NCBI GenBank assembly: GCA_963668645.2
Contig: CAXXWC010000017.1
Coordinates: 1 to 64,000, forward strand
Direction: 5' to 3'
DNA length: 64,000 nucleotides
Origin: Desulfobacterales bacterium
GTDB lineage: Bacteria; Desulfobacterota; Desulfobacteria; Desulfobacterales; UBA2174
Below the pieces are notes generated by a model. It was not told the origin of the DNA, did not search any database, and saw only the letters and a program-made list of their open reading frames with translations. Positions 40,038 to 49,783 of the stretch are shown piece after piece. How positions within the stretch are numbered: the first letter of the stretch is position 1; every line of letters starts with the position of its first letter. Both the position numbers and the translations under genes were made by a program.

Positions 40038-40664
40038 CTATTTGGTGCCGAAAATCTTGTCCCCGGCGTCCCCCAATCCGGGAAGGATGTAGCCGACGTC
40101 GTTAAGCTTTTCGTCGATGGCGGCCACAAAGATATCCACGTCCGGATGGGTTTGCGTGACGCGGCGGATCCCCTCGGGGGCCGCCACGATGAAAATCCCC
40201 CGGATCTGGGTGCAGCCGGCTTCCTTGAGCAGGTCGATGGCGGCCACCAGGGTACCGCCGGTGGCCAGCATCGGATCGAGGATCAAGGCGATGCGCTCTT
40301 GCATGTTGCTCGTCATCTTGACGTAGTAGCGTACCGGTTCGAGGGTGTCCTCGTTGCGGTAAAGACCGACCACACTGACCCGGGCCGAAGGGATCAGCTT
40401 GAGCACCCCGTCCATCATTCCCAGGCCGGCGCGCAGGATCGGCACCACAGTGATCTTTTTTCCCTTGATCCGCTCCACGGTGACCGGTCCGGCCCATCCC
40501 TGGATGGTCTGGGACTCGGTTTCAAGATCCTTGGTGGCCTCGTAAGTGAGCAGGGCGGCCAGTTCGGAAGCGGCCTCGCGAAAATCCTTGGTGGAAATGT
40601 CGTGATGGCGCAGCAGCCCGAGTTTGTGTTTGATCAGGGGGTGGGGAACGACCTGAACCGGCAT
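40038..40664 (-). CDS. upp: Uracil phosphoribosyltransferase
   Basis: [30 protein letters not shown]. Confidence 0.97.
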   Translation of the reverse strand: MPVQVVPHPLIKHKLGLLRHHDISTKDFREAASELAALLTYEATKDLETESQTIQGWAGPVTVERIKGKKITVVPILRAGLGMMDGVLKLIPSARVSVVGLYRNEDTLEPVRYYVKMTSNMQERIALILDPMLATGGTLVAAIDLLKEAGCTQIRGIFIVAAPEGIRRVTQTHPDVDIFVAAIDEKLNDVGYILPGLGDAGDKIFGTK

Positions 40665-41168
40665 TTCACGCTCCTTGTGGTTGGGGTGAAGGTGGAAGGT
40701 TAAAGAAATACTGCAAAAAGGTAGGGTTTGCCGTCCGCGCCCCGCGGGGCCGACCCGAGCGGCAAGGTCTATATGAAAATTCGGGGGGGGTGTCAAGGCG
40801 AACGATGGCGGCGCAGCGAATCCCGGGGAGCCCACGATCTACCGGTTTTACCAAAGGCAAAAGAAGATAGGGGCGCTGGACTTTGAATTCGGTAGGATCG
40901 CGAGATAATAGAAAGGCTTCGGGCGGGGACCGGCGGGCCGCCTTTTGCAGACCCGGCAAGCTGTTGGGTTAGGTGATATTGGCTATCGCTTATCGCAGCT
41001 GCCGAGCAACGCGCCAAGCCAGCAGCCGGCCATCCAAGGCTTGTCAGGAGCCGCCGGCTGACGCTATATCGGCTTTGATTGAATCGCCCGAAAGAACAGA
41101 GGTGCCGGCAAACCGCGATTTGCCGGGTTGAAGGATGAATCCGTTCAGGAAGATCTGGTAAATCCGCT

Positions 41169-43646
41169 ATGGGTGTCGAACAGACTGATCCGGCGGCGGC
41201 CGTGCCGGCGAATGCCGCCGATCCGATTCCGGTGGCCGAGGTGGCCGTGGCCCTGCCGGTGTGGCAGACTTTCAGCTACACGGTGCCGCCGCATCTTTCC
41301 GGGGCGGTTCAACCCGGCGTTCGGGTTCTGGTCCCCTTCGGGAACCGGCGGGCCACCGGCTATGTCATTGCCGCAGGCAGCGCGGCCCCGGAGCAGGAGC
41401 TGCGTCCCATCGAGGACGTTCTCGACGAGCATCCCCTGCTGCCTGCCGCCATGCTGCCATGGCTGCGCTGGATGGCCGACTACTATCTGCACCCCGTGGG
41501 CCAGGTCATCCGTTCGGCCCTGCCTGCGGGGCTTACCGACGGCGATGTTTACCTGATCGAGATTACCGCCGACGGCCTGGCGGCCCTGGACGCTGGCCAG
41601 GCGACCGGAACCGAAGGGCAGGTGCTCGAACGGCTGCGGCGCAGACCGGCTACGCAAAAAGCCCTTTATCGTCATTTTCCCGGCGTGACCCTGTCTTCGG
41701 TTCTGGGCCGTCTTGAACGCAGCGGCTGGCTGCAGCGCCATCAGAAACTGGTGCGCGGCGCCACCCGGCCCAAGACCGAACGCTTCGTCCAGCTGATGCC
41801 TGGCGCGGATGCGGCGGCGGCCCGCTCCGACATGCAGCGCGAGCTGCTGGCGCTGCTGGAAGGCGCCGCTGCCCCCATGTCGATGTCCGAACTCAAAACC
41901 CGTATCCCCGGCGCGGCGCAACGGGTGCGGGCCTTGGCCGGCCGGGGGCTCCTGGCGCTGGAGGCGCGACCGGTGTTTCGCGATCCTCTGGGAGAGCCGG
42001 TGGACCCGGATTGCCCGCCGCTTCTCAACCAGGCGCAGCGTCGAGCCGTAGAGAAGATCGGCGAAGCCATAGGGCGGGGGTTTGCCGCTTTTGTGCTGGA
42101 CGGGATCACCGGCAGCGGCAAGACCGAAGTCTATCTTCACGCCACGGCCATGGCGGTGGCCCGGGGCCACAACGTCCTGGTGATGGCCCCCGAAATCGCC
42201 CTGATTGCCCAGATCGAACGGCGCTTCCGGGCCCGTTTCGGCGAGCGCATCGCCGTGCTGCACAGCGGTCTTTCGGCCGGCGAACGCTACGATCAGTGGC
42301 GGAGCATCGCCCAAGGGGGGACGGCCATTGCCATCGGTGCGCGCTCGGCGGTTTTCGCCCCTTTTCAGAATTTGGGGTTGATCATCGTGGACGAGGAGCA
42401 TGACGGGGCCTTCAAGCAAGACGCCGGGCTGCACTACAACGGCCGGGACATGGCCCTGGTCAGGGGGCAGCGCGAGGGGGCCGTGGTGGTGCTCGGCTCG
42501 GCCACGCCGTCCATGGGGGCGCTGCATGCGGTTGAGCAGGGACGCTACCACCGCCTGGTGCTGCCCGAGCGCATCAAAAACCGGCCCCTGCCGCAAGTGG
42601 AAGTGGTTGACCTGCGTGAATACCGCAGGGAACGGGGAACGCGGCGTTTTCTCACCCCCCGGCTCATCCAGGGGATGCGGGCCGCCCTGGACAACGGCGA
42701 GCAGGTTTTGCTCTTTCTCAACCGGCGCGGTTTTGCCGCCTATCCGGTCTGCGGGTCCTGCGGGGAGGTGCTGCGCTGCCGCCGCTGCGACATCAGCCTG
42801 ACCCTGCATCGGGCGCGCAACGCCTACCAGTGCCACTACTGCGGTTTTAGCCAGGCCGCCGGTATTCCCTGCCCCCATTGCCACAGCGACAAGATCAGGC
42901 TTTTGGGATTGGGCACCGAAAAACTCGAGGCAGCGGTGCAGGCCATTTTCCCCCAGGCCCGGGTCGCCCGCATGGATCGTGACACGGTCTCGCGCCGCGG
43001 GCAGTTGCTGCGGCTTTTGCGCCGGCTCCACGAGCGGTCCGTCGACGTGCTGGTGGGTACCCAAATGGTGGCCAAGGGGCACGACTTTCCCGGGATTACC
43101 CTGGTGGGGATCGTCTGCGCGGACCTGACGTTGAATTTCCCCGATTTCAGGGCCGGTGAACGCACCTTCCAGCTGCTGGCCCAGGTGGCCGGCCGGGCCG
43201 GACGCGGCGATCGATCCGGCCGGGTGATTCTGCAAACCTTCAATCCGGAGCATTTCAGCATTCAGGCCGCCTGCGCCCATGATGCGCAAATGTTCTACCG
43301 GCAGGAACTCGGTTTGCGTGAAGCTCTGGGGTATCCGCCGTTTTCGCGCCTGGCGATGGTGCGGGTGGCCGGTCGCGACCCCGAGCAGACCGCGGAGACC
43401 GCTGCCCGGCTCGTGGCCACCGGCCGGCGTGCGGCCGAGGGCGAAGGGGGCGTGGCGGTGCTCGGTCCGGTTCCGGCGCCTCTGGCCCGCGTGGCGGATC
43501 GCCATCGCTGGCAGATGCTGTTCAAAGGGGTTACATTCAGGGCACTGCGCCGGGTCCTGAGCCGGATCCAGGCCGAGATGCATGCCGGAGACCTGCCGCG
43601 GGGTGTCCAGGTGGCCATCGACGTGGACCCGCAATCCATGTTATGA
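41169..43646 (+). CDS. priA: Primosomal protein N'
   Basis: GITGSGKTEVY, DEEHD, LGSATPS, LNRRG, Cys Zn motifs, GTQMVAKG, QVAGRAGR. Confidence 0.96.
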   Translation: MGVEQTDPAAAVPANAADPIPVAEVAVALPVWQTFSYTVPPHLSGAVQPGVRVLVPFGNRRATGYVIAAGSAAPEQELRPIEDVLDEHPLLPAAMLPWLRWMADYYLHPVGQVIRSALPAGLTDGDVYLIEITADGLAALDAGQATGTEGQVLERLRRRPATQKALYRHFPGVTLSSVLGRLERSGWLQRHQKLVRGATRPKTERFVQLMPGADAAAARSDMQRELLALLEGAAAPMSMSELKTRIPGAAQRVRALAGRGLLALEARPVFRDPLGEPVDPDCPPLLNQAQRRAVEKIGEAIGRGFAAFVLDGITGSGKTEVYLHATAMAVARGHNVLVMAPEIALIAQIERRFRARFGERIAVLHSGLSAGERYDQWRSIAQGGTAIAIGARSAVFAPFQNLGLIIVDEEHDGAFKQDAGLHYNGRDMALVRGQREGAVVVLGSATPSMGALHAVEQGRYHRLVLPERIKNRPLPQVEVVDLREYRRERGTRRFLTPRLIQGMRAALDNGEQVLLFLNRRGFAAYPVCGSCGEVLRCRRCDISLTLHRARNAYQCHYCGFSQAAGIPCPHCHSDKIRLLGLGTEKLEAAVQAIFPQARVARMDRDTVSRRGQLLRLLRRLHERSVDVLVGTQMVAKGHDFPGITLVGIVCADLTLNFPDFRAGERTFQLLAQVAGRAGRGDRSGRVILQTFNPEHFSIQAACAHDAQMFYRQELGLREALGYPPFSRLAMVRVAGRDPEQTAETAARLVATGRRAAEGEGGVAVLGPVPAPLARVADRHRWQMLFKGVTFRALRRVLSRIQAEMHAGDLPRGVQVAIDVDPQSML

Positions 43647-43765
43647 GCCGCGGCCGGTTTCAGGGCTTGGCAAACCAGGCGACCCGTTTTAGGGTAGGAG
43701 AATCCGACGGCTCAGGTGCCACAGGCGGCCGGCCGGAATTCAAATCACCAAAGAGGAGAATGTCG

Positions 43766-44520
43766 ATGCGTTGGATATTACCAGCGGTTCTGGCGCTTTG
43801 CATGGTGTTGGCCGGTATGGCCGGGGCCGAGGCCACCCCGGCACCCAAAATCGCGTTCGATGAGAGCAAGTATGCCTTTTCACCCGTGGTCGAGGGTGAG
43901 ACCGTGGCCCACGAATTCGTGGTGCGCAACCTGGGTGACGCCGAACTGGAGATTTTCAAAGTGCGAACCGGTTGAGGCTGCACGGCCGTTTCCTTTCCGA
44001 AGCGGCTCCCTCCCGGGGGGGAGGGTCGGATCGAACTGCAAGTGTTTACCTCAGGATACGGCGGCGAAACCCTGCGCAAAGGGGTCACGGTGGAATCCAA
44101 CGATCCGCTGCGGGCCGCGATGGGATCTGTCCATCGGCGGGGAGGTCATGCGTTTTGTGACCATCAAACCCAGAGCGCATCGTCATGCAGGGGTACGGCG
44201 TGGTGGATCTTCGCCAGAGTGCGCTCATCGTTCCCGAACCGCGTTTTCCGTTCACCATCACCAAGATCAAGAGCCGCCAGGGGGATCGTTTCGTGGGGCT
44301 GGAACTGGAAGAAATCCGCCACAACGACCGGCCCGCTTACCGCTTGACGGCCATCAACCACCAGAAGGAGCCGGGGCGTTACTACGAAACCATCACCCTG
44401 GACACGGACAGCAAGATCCAGCCACAGCTTTATGTGCATGTTTACGGCAACATCCTGCCTGCGGCCGATGCCGGCCAGGATCGGGGTAAATCGACTGCCG
44501 CGGTGCCGCCGCGGCGCTAG
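43766..44520 (+). CDS. Secreted DUF1573-like Ig-fold protein with in-frame UGA (probable Sec) and two apparent +1 frameshifts
   Basis: Signal peptide, HEFVVRNLGDAELEI, KVRTG-UGA-GCT, PGGEGRI, SNDP; coherent continuation requires frame changes near 44113 and 44174. Confidence 0.7.
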
Positions 44521-44535
44521 ACGCAAAGGGAAACG

Positions 44536-45189
44536 ATGATTCGAGTGGTGGCTTTCGACTGCGACGGGGTCATGTTCGACTCGCGCGACGCCAACGCAGC
44601 TTATTACAACCGGATTCTTGCTCGTCAGGGCCATCCTCCCATGGACCGGAACCAGCAGGACTTTACCCATGTGAACACGGTGGACGCCTCGCTGCGTTTT
44701 CTCTTTGACGACCGGGACGATTATCTGGCGGCCCAGGCCCTGCGGCGCGAGATGACCTACCTGCCGTTTATCCGGCACATGCGCATCGAACCCCACCTAA
44801 GAGCGCTGTTGCGGTGGCTGCGGCCCGCCTGCCATACCGCAGTGGCCACCAACCGCACCGACACCATGGACCGGGTTCTCGAGGAGCACGATCTGGCCGG
44901 GGAGTTCGACCTGGTGGTCGGCGCCCTGGACGTGGCCCGGCCCAAGCCGGATCCGGAATGCCTGCAAAAGATTCTGGCGCATTTTGAAGTCCTGCCCCGG
45001 GAGATGATCTATATCGGTGATTCATCCCTGGACGCCGAAGCCGCCAAAGCGGCCGGCGTGCCGTTTATCGCCTTTCAGAATCCTGATCTTGCGGCAACCG
45101 AGCATATCGAGACCCTGGATGCCGTGGCCCGTATCGTGGCAAGCTCAGGCACCCGCCTGCCCGCCTTTGGCGGGCAATCTCAAGTTTGA
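44536..45189 (+). CDS. HAD-family hydrolase
   Basis: FDCDGVMFDS, KPDP, YIGDS. Confidence 0.88.
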   Translation: MIRVVAFDCDGVMFDSRDANAAYYNRILARQGHPPMDRNQQDFTHVNTVDASLRFLFDDRDDYLAAQALRREMTYLPFIRHMRIEPHLRALLRWLRPACHTAVATNRTDTMDRVLEEHDLAGEFDLVVGALDVARPKPDPECLQKILAHFEVLPREMIYIGDSSLDAEAAKAAGVPFIAFQNPDLAATEHIETLDAVARIVASSGTRLPAFGGQSQV

Positions 45190-45250
45190 AATTTCGAATC
45201 TCAGATTCCAGTGACCGGGATCGCGGCAAGTGGCAGCACCGCGCTTCCGG

Positions 45251-45475
45251 TCATTGATTGCCGAATCCGTTCTGGCCGCCGCAATCGGGGCACTGCCAGG
45301 TGATCCCGTTGCAGGACATCCCCCAGAGGTTTTCCAGCATACAGTCCTGGCAGATGGCAAAGCCGCAGCGGCAGGTCCAGCAGAAGGGCACCTCGGCCTT
45401 GCAGCAGTGGCATCGGGTCTGGCGTTGGCGCCGCCGCCGCCACCGGGAACGGGGATTTTCGCTCATCGGGTTCAT
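45251..45475 (-). CDS. Small Cys-rich putative zinc-finger protein
   Basis: CHCC, CWTCRCG, CQDC, WQCPDCG; Arg-rich N-terminus; start uncertain. Confidence 0.65.
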   Translation of the reverse strand: MNPMSENPRSRWRRRRQRQTRCHCCKAEVPFCWTCRCGFAICQDCMLENLWGMSCNGITWQCPDCGGQNGFGNQ

Positions 45476-45617
45476 GGGCCTTGCTTGTCGTTTAAAGGTG
45501 ATCGTGATACGACGCAGATCGATGCCTTGCCGGGGCGGATCGGCCCGGCATCGTAGCGCCAACGGATTTATTTTTCGTCCCTAAAATTCATCCTCCAAGG
45601 CTGGATACCAAATTCCC

Positions 45618-48296
45618 ATGCAAAGCGATCCCACCGTCTATCTTATCGACGGCACGGCCTATGTCTACCGTGCCTTTCATGCGATCCGCGGCCTGACCAA
45701 TTCCCGAGGCATGCCCACCAACGCCGCCTTCGGGTTTGCCCGCATGATCCTCAAGTTGATGGACGAGCGCGCGCCGAGCCATGTGGCGATCCTTTTCGAC
45801 GCCAAGGGCCCCACCTTCCGCCACGAGGCCTACACCGAATACAAGGCCAACCGGCCGCCCATGCCCGAGGATATGGCCGCTCAGCTGCCCTACATTCAGC
45901 AGCTGACCGAGGCCTTTCGTATCGCCCGCATCGAGATGCCCGGCTACGAGGCCGACGACCTGATCGGCACCCTGGCGCGCCAGGCCGAGGCCCAGGGATT
46001 TTCGGTGGTAATGGTCACCGGTGACAAGGATTTTCTCCAATTGGTGACCGAAAAGGCCGTGATCTGGGATCCGATGAAGGAAAAGCAGACCGACCTGGCC
46101 GCCGTGCACGAGAGCTTCGGGCTTGAGCCGGCGCAGATCATCGATGTCATGGGGCTTTCCGGGGACACCAGCGACAATATCCCCGGGGTGCCGGGGATCG
46201 GTCCCAAGACCGCTAAAGAGCTGATCCGGTGCTACGGCTCGATCCAGGCCATCTACGAACAGCTTTCCGAGGTGGGCACGGCCCGCCAGCGCGAAAAGCT
46301 GGCGGCCTTCGAAGCCCAGGCCCGGCTCAGCCGCCAACTGGTGGAGATCTGCACCGAGGCGCCGGTCGTCTTCCAGCCGGAGGATTTCGTCCGCCGCGAG
46401 CCGGATGCCGAGGCCCTGGGCCGGCTCTTTCAGGAATTGGAGTTCTCCCAGCTTCAAAAGCGGTTTGCCGCGCCGACAGAGGGGCCGGCCAAACACTACA
46501 CGATGATCAACACCGCTGACGCGCTCGATGACCTGGCGGCGGATCTGCGCCGGGCCGGGGCCTTCGCCCTGGACACCGAGACCACGAGCCAGGATCCGAT
46601 GCGCGCCCGGCTGGTGGGCATTTCGGTGAGCCTGCGGCCGAACGAGGCCTTCTACATCCCCTGCGGCCACAACTATCTCGGGGTGCCGGCCCAGCTCCCC
46701 CGGGACCGGGTCCTGGAGGTTTTAAGGCCTGTTCTTGAGGACCCGACCCTGGCCAAGGTGGGGCAGAACATCAAGTACGATCTGATCGTCCTGGCCCGCC
46801 ACGGCGTGGCGGTGGACGGGGTGGTCTTCGACACCATGATCGCCTCCTACCTGCTCAACCCCTCCAAGCGCAGCCATGGCCTGGATCAGATTGCCCTGGA
46901 TTTTTTCGACCACCGCAACATCACCTACGCCGACGTGGCCGGCAAGGGGGCCGCAGCGGTGACCTTCGACAAGGTGCCGCTGGAAAAGGCGGTGCCCTAT
47001 GCCTGTGAGGACGCCGACATCACCTGGATGGCCTACCAGGTGCTGCGCGAACGTCTGGACAAGGAAGGGCTCTCCGCCCTGATGGCCGCGGTGGAGCTGC
47101 CCCTGGTACCGGTGCTGATGTCCATGGAAATGACTGGGATGTGCATCGACCGCAAGGTGCTCGAAAGGTTGTCCCGGGAGTTTCAAGCCGAACTGGACCG
47201 CATCGAAAAAGAGATTTACCGCCTGGCCGGCGAATCGTTCAACATCAACTCGGGCCAGCAGCTCGGGCGGATCCTGTTTGAAAAACTCGGCCTGCCGACC
47301 CAGAAAAAGACGCGCAAAAAGACGGGCTATTCCACCGATGTGGAGGTGCTCACGGCTCTGGCCGACCAGCACCCGCTGCCCGAACAGGTGCTGCGCCACC
47401 GGAGCCTGGGCAAGCTCAAGTCGACCTACGCCGATGCGCTGGTGGCCCTGATCCATCCTGAAACCGGACGGATCCATACCTCCTTCAACCAGACCGTGGC
47501 CGCCACCGGCCGGCTCAGTTCCAGCGATCCGAACCTGCAGAACATCCCGATCCGCACCGAGGAGGGGCGCAAGATCCGCGCGGCCTTCGTGCCCCGGACC
47601 GGGTGGCGGCTGATGGCGGCCGATTACAGCCAGATCGAACTGCGGGTGCTGGCCCACTGCAGCGACGATCCGATCCTCATCCAAGCTTTTGCCGGCGACG
47701 AGGACGTCCATACCCGGACGGCCAGCGAGGTTTTCGGGGTGGCGCCGGCCGAGGTCAACGCCGATCTGCGCCGCCAGGCCAAGGCGATCAACTTCGGCAT
47801 CATCTACGGCATGAGCCCCTTCGGCCTGGCACGCCAGCTGTCCATCAGCCAGAAGATGGCCCGCACCTTCATCGACCACTACTTTGCCCGCTATCCGGGA
47901 GTGAAGACCTTCATCGATCAGACCATCGCCGAGGCCCGCAACTCCCGCCAGACCAGCACCCTGATGGGCCGCATCCGTCTTCTGCCCGAGATCGGCAGCA
48001 GCAACCCGAACCTGCGCCAGTTCGCCGAGCGCATCGCCGTCAACACTCCGATCCAGGGCACGGCGGCCGATATCATCAAGTTGGCCATGATCCGCGTGGA
48101 TCAGGTGATGCGCGCTGCCGGCCTGCAGGCCGCCATGCTTCTTTCGGTGCACGACGAGATCGTCTTCGAGGCCCCGGCCGAGGAAACCGGGACGCTCACC
48201 GAACTGGTCCGCCACCAGATGGAGACCATCATGGACCTCAAGGTCCCCCTCAAGGTGAACATCGCCTGGGGCGACAACTGGGCCGAAGCCCATTAG
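45618..48296 (+). CDS. polA: DNA polymerase I
   Basis: 5'-exo (YKANR, EADD, GDTSDNIPGV), 3'-exo (DTETT), polymerase (TGRLSSSDPNLQNIP, DYSQIELR, VHDE). Confidence 0.98.
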   Translation: MQSDPTVYLIDGTAYVYRAFHAIRGLTNSRGMPTNAAFGFARMILKLMDERAPSHVAILFDAKGPTFRHEAYTEYKANRPPMPEDMAAQLPYIQQLTEAFRIARIEMPGYEADDLIGTLARQAEAQGFSVVMVTGDKDFLQLVTEKAVIWDPMKEKQTDLAAVHESFGLEPAQIIDVMGLSGDTSDNIPGVPGIGPKTAKELIRCYGSIQAIYEQLSEVGTARQREKLAAFEAQARLSRQLVEICTEAPVVFQPEDFVRREPDAEALGRLFQELEFSQLQKRFAAPTEGPAKHYTMINTADALDDLAADLRRAGAFALDTETTSQDPMRARLVGISVSLRPNEAFYIPCGHNYLGVPAQLPRDRVLEVLRPVLEDPTLAKVGQNIKYDLIVLARHGVAVDGVVFDTMIASYLLNPSKRSHGLDQIALDFFDHRNITYADVAGKGAAAVTFDKVPLEKAVPYACEDADITWMAYQVLRERLDKEGLSALMAAVELPLVPVLMSMEMTGMCIDRKVLERLSREFQAELDRIEKEIYRLAGESFNINSGQQLGRILFEKLGLPTQKKTRKKTGYSTDVEVLTALADQHPLPEQVLRHRSLGKLKSTYADALVALIHPETGRIHTSFNQTVAATGRLSSSDPNLQNIPIRTEEGRKIRAAFVPRTGWRLMAADYSQIELRVLAHCSDDPILIQAFAGDEDVHTRTASEVFGVAPAEVNADLRRQAKAINFGIIYGMSPFGLARQLSISQKMARTFIDHYFARYPGVKTFIDQTIAEARNSRQTSTLMGRIRLLPEIGSSNPNLRQFAERIAVNTPIQGTAADIIKLAMIRVDQVMRAAGLQAAMLLSVHDEIVFEAPAEETGTLTELVRHQMETIMDLKVPLKVNIAWGDNWAEAH

Positions 48297-48309
48297 CAGG
48301 TTGGAATCG

Positions 48310-48498
48310 TCAGTGGGATTTCTTCGATTCTTCGGGCGGCCCCTGAGCCGGCGGCGAGGCTTTCACCGTATCGGCCACGGTCTGGTAGATGCTCTGGAAC
48401 GCCTCGGGAAAGGCCGACGGGGAAAGACGGCCGGTTTCGATGAATTTGACAACGATTTCCTTGGCGGCTTTGAGAATTTGTTCGTCCATCGATGCCAT
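48310..48498 (-). CDS. Small hypothetical protein
   Basis: 62 aa, MDEQILKAAKEIVVKFIETGRLSP; AGGAAA RBS-like sequence. Confidence 0.7.
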   Translation of the reverse strand: MASMDEQILKAAKEIVVKFIETGRLSPSAFPEAFQSIYQTVADTVKASPPAQGPPEESKKSH

Positions 48499-48844
48499 GG
48501 CGGTTTCCTGCTCCAATCGATAAGTTGCTAAGGCGTCCGCCTTGTCAGGCCGGCGTCGTACAACGCCGATCAACCCTGCCGGCACTCTACCGGGGCCGGT
48601 GCGGAAGGTCAAGCCGGAACCGGGCAATTGCCGGTTGAATCCGGGATCTGCTGGTTTCATCTTTTTCTGCCTGCCGGCTTGCACGCCAAATCACCAGGCG
48701 GCCGGTTTTCTTTTGAGGCGAAATTGACAGTCAATCGTGAATTCTCTATGTAAAGAGGCTTACTCGCCCCGGCAGCGGCATTCGACGGCGGCCGGGGACG
48801 ATCCACAAGCAAAATGTTCCAACGCGCCATGGAAGGGATGCGTG

Positions 48845-49783
48845 ATGAAGCGATTTTTGGGATTGTGTTTATTTCTGGCAAGTCTTTGGACCATGACCGG
48901 ATGCGGCATGGTGCACGAGTCCTACCAGGCCGTGGCCGAAAAAAGCCATCAGGTGATGCGCTGGTACGAGGCGCCGGGCGGAAACCTTGGCAAAACGGTC
49001 GGCGTGGCGTATCTGCGCAACCAGAGTGGATATCTCGTGCCTGATTTCGAATCGACTTACACCACCGAACTGATCGAGCGGCTGCGGGCCGAGGGCGGCG
49101 AGTTGCGGATCCTTTCCCCCCAGGATCCGGCGGCGCCGGAAATGCTGCGCCGTGTGCCGCTGAATCCGAACGGCGGCATCGACAACTTCGACCTGGCCCT
49201 CAAGGCCCGCCAGAACGCCATCAACGCCGTGGTGGTGGCCACTTTGATCGATGTTCGCGACCGGCGCCAGGAAAAAGGGCTCTGGTGGTTCAAGGATGTC
49301 TATGATTACATCGATGTGACCCTGGATATCGAGGTCTATGACAGTGAAACGGCGGCCAAGCTGCTCGACGAACGGTTGATCCACTCCTTTGAGGCCGATA
49401 TGCCGCTGCATTCGTCCAACCAGCCGGCATCGCAAACGCTGCCGGCCCAGGTGCTCGAGGAACTGAGTTCGATTCTGCCCCGGGCGGCCCGCATGATCGC
49501 CGATGCGGCGGTGGTGCACCCCTGGGTTGGCTTTATCCGCGAAGTCTCACAGCGCCGGGTGATCCTGAGCGCCGGTGCGGACAGCGGCCTCCAGGCCGGT
49601 GATGTGCTGGAGGTTTTCGACAACAGCCGTATCATTCAAGGCGCGAACGAGATCCACTATTTCGTGCCGGGTCTCAAAATCGGCGAGATCGAAGTCACCG
49701 CTCCTTCGGCCGGCGGCGTTGAGGCCCGGATCCTCTCCGATGGGCCGATTTGGGTCGGATGTTCGGTCAAACTCAAGGAATGA
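48845..49783 (+). CDS. Lipoprotein (CsgG/FlgT-like architecture)
   Basis: MKRF + hydrophobic stretch + TGC lipobox; C-terminal LSAGADSGLQAGD beta domain. Confidence 0.7.
   Translation: MKRFLGLCLFLASLWTMTGCGMVHESYQAVAEKSHQVMRWYEAPGGNLGKTVGVAYLRNQSGYLVPDFESTYTTELIERLRAEGGELRILSPQDPAAPEMLRRVPLNPNGGIDNFDLALKARQNAINAVVVATLIDVRDRRQEKGLWWFKDVYDYIDVTLDIEVYDSETAAKLLDERLIHSFEADMPLHSSNQPASQTLPAQVLEELSSILPRAARMIADAAVVHPWVGFIREVSQRRVILSAGADSGLQAGDVLEVFDNSRIIQGANEIHYFVPGLKIGEIEVTAPSAGGVEARILSDGPIWVGCSVKLKE

Noticed and set aside
40665..41168. PyrR attenuator or ncRNA in the upp-priA intergenic region
   Set aside because: No PyrR-binding consensus or recognisable RNA family by eye; only a plausible TTGACA promoter for upp. 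An Rfam scan would be needed.
41145..43634. 829-aa antisense ORF and similar long shadow ORFs (e.g. 31394-33034, 46722-48293, 21217-22761, 38581-39960)
   Set aside because: They lie opposite clearly identified genes and have no motifs; such ORFs are expected from high-GC codon bias.
45177..45211. Heptamer-like AT-rich repeat at the end of the HAD gene
   Set aside because: Too short and degenerate to support a functional call.
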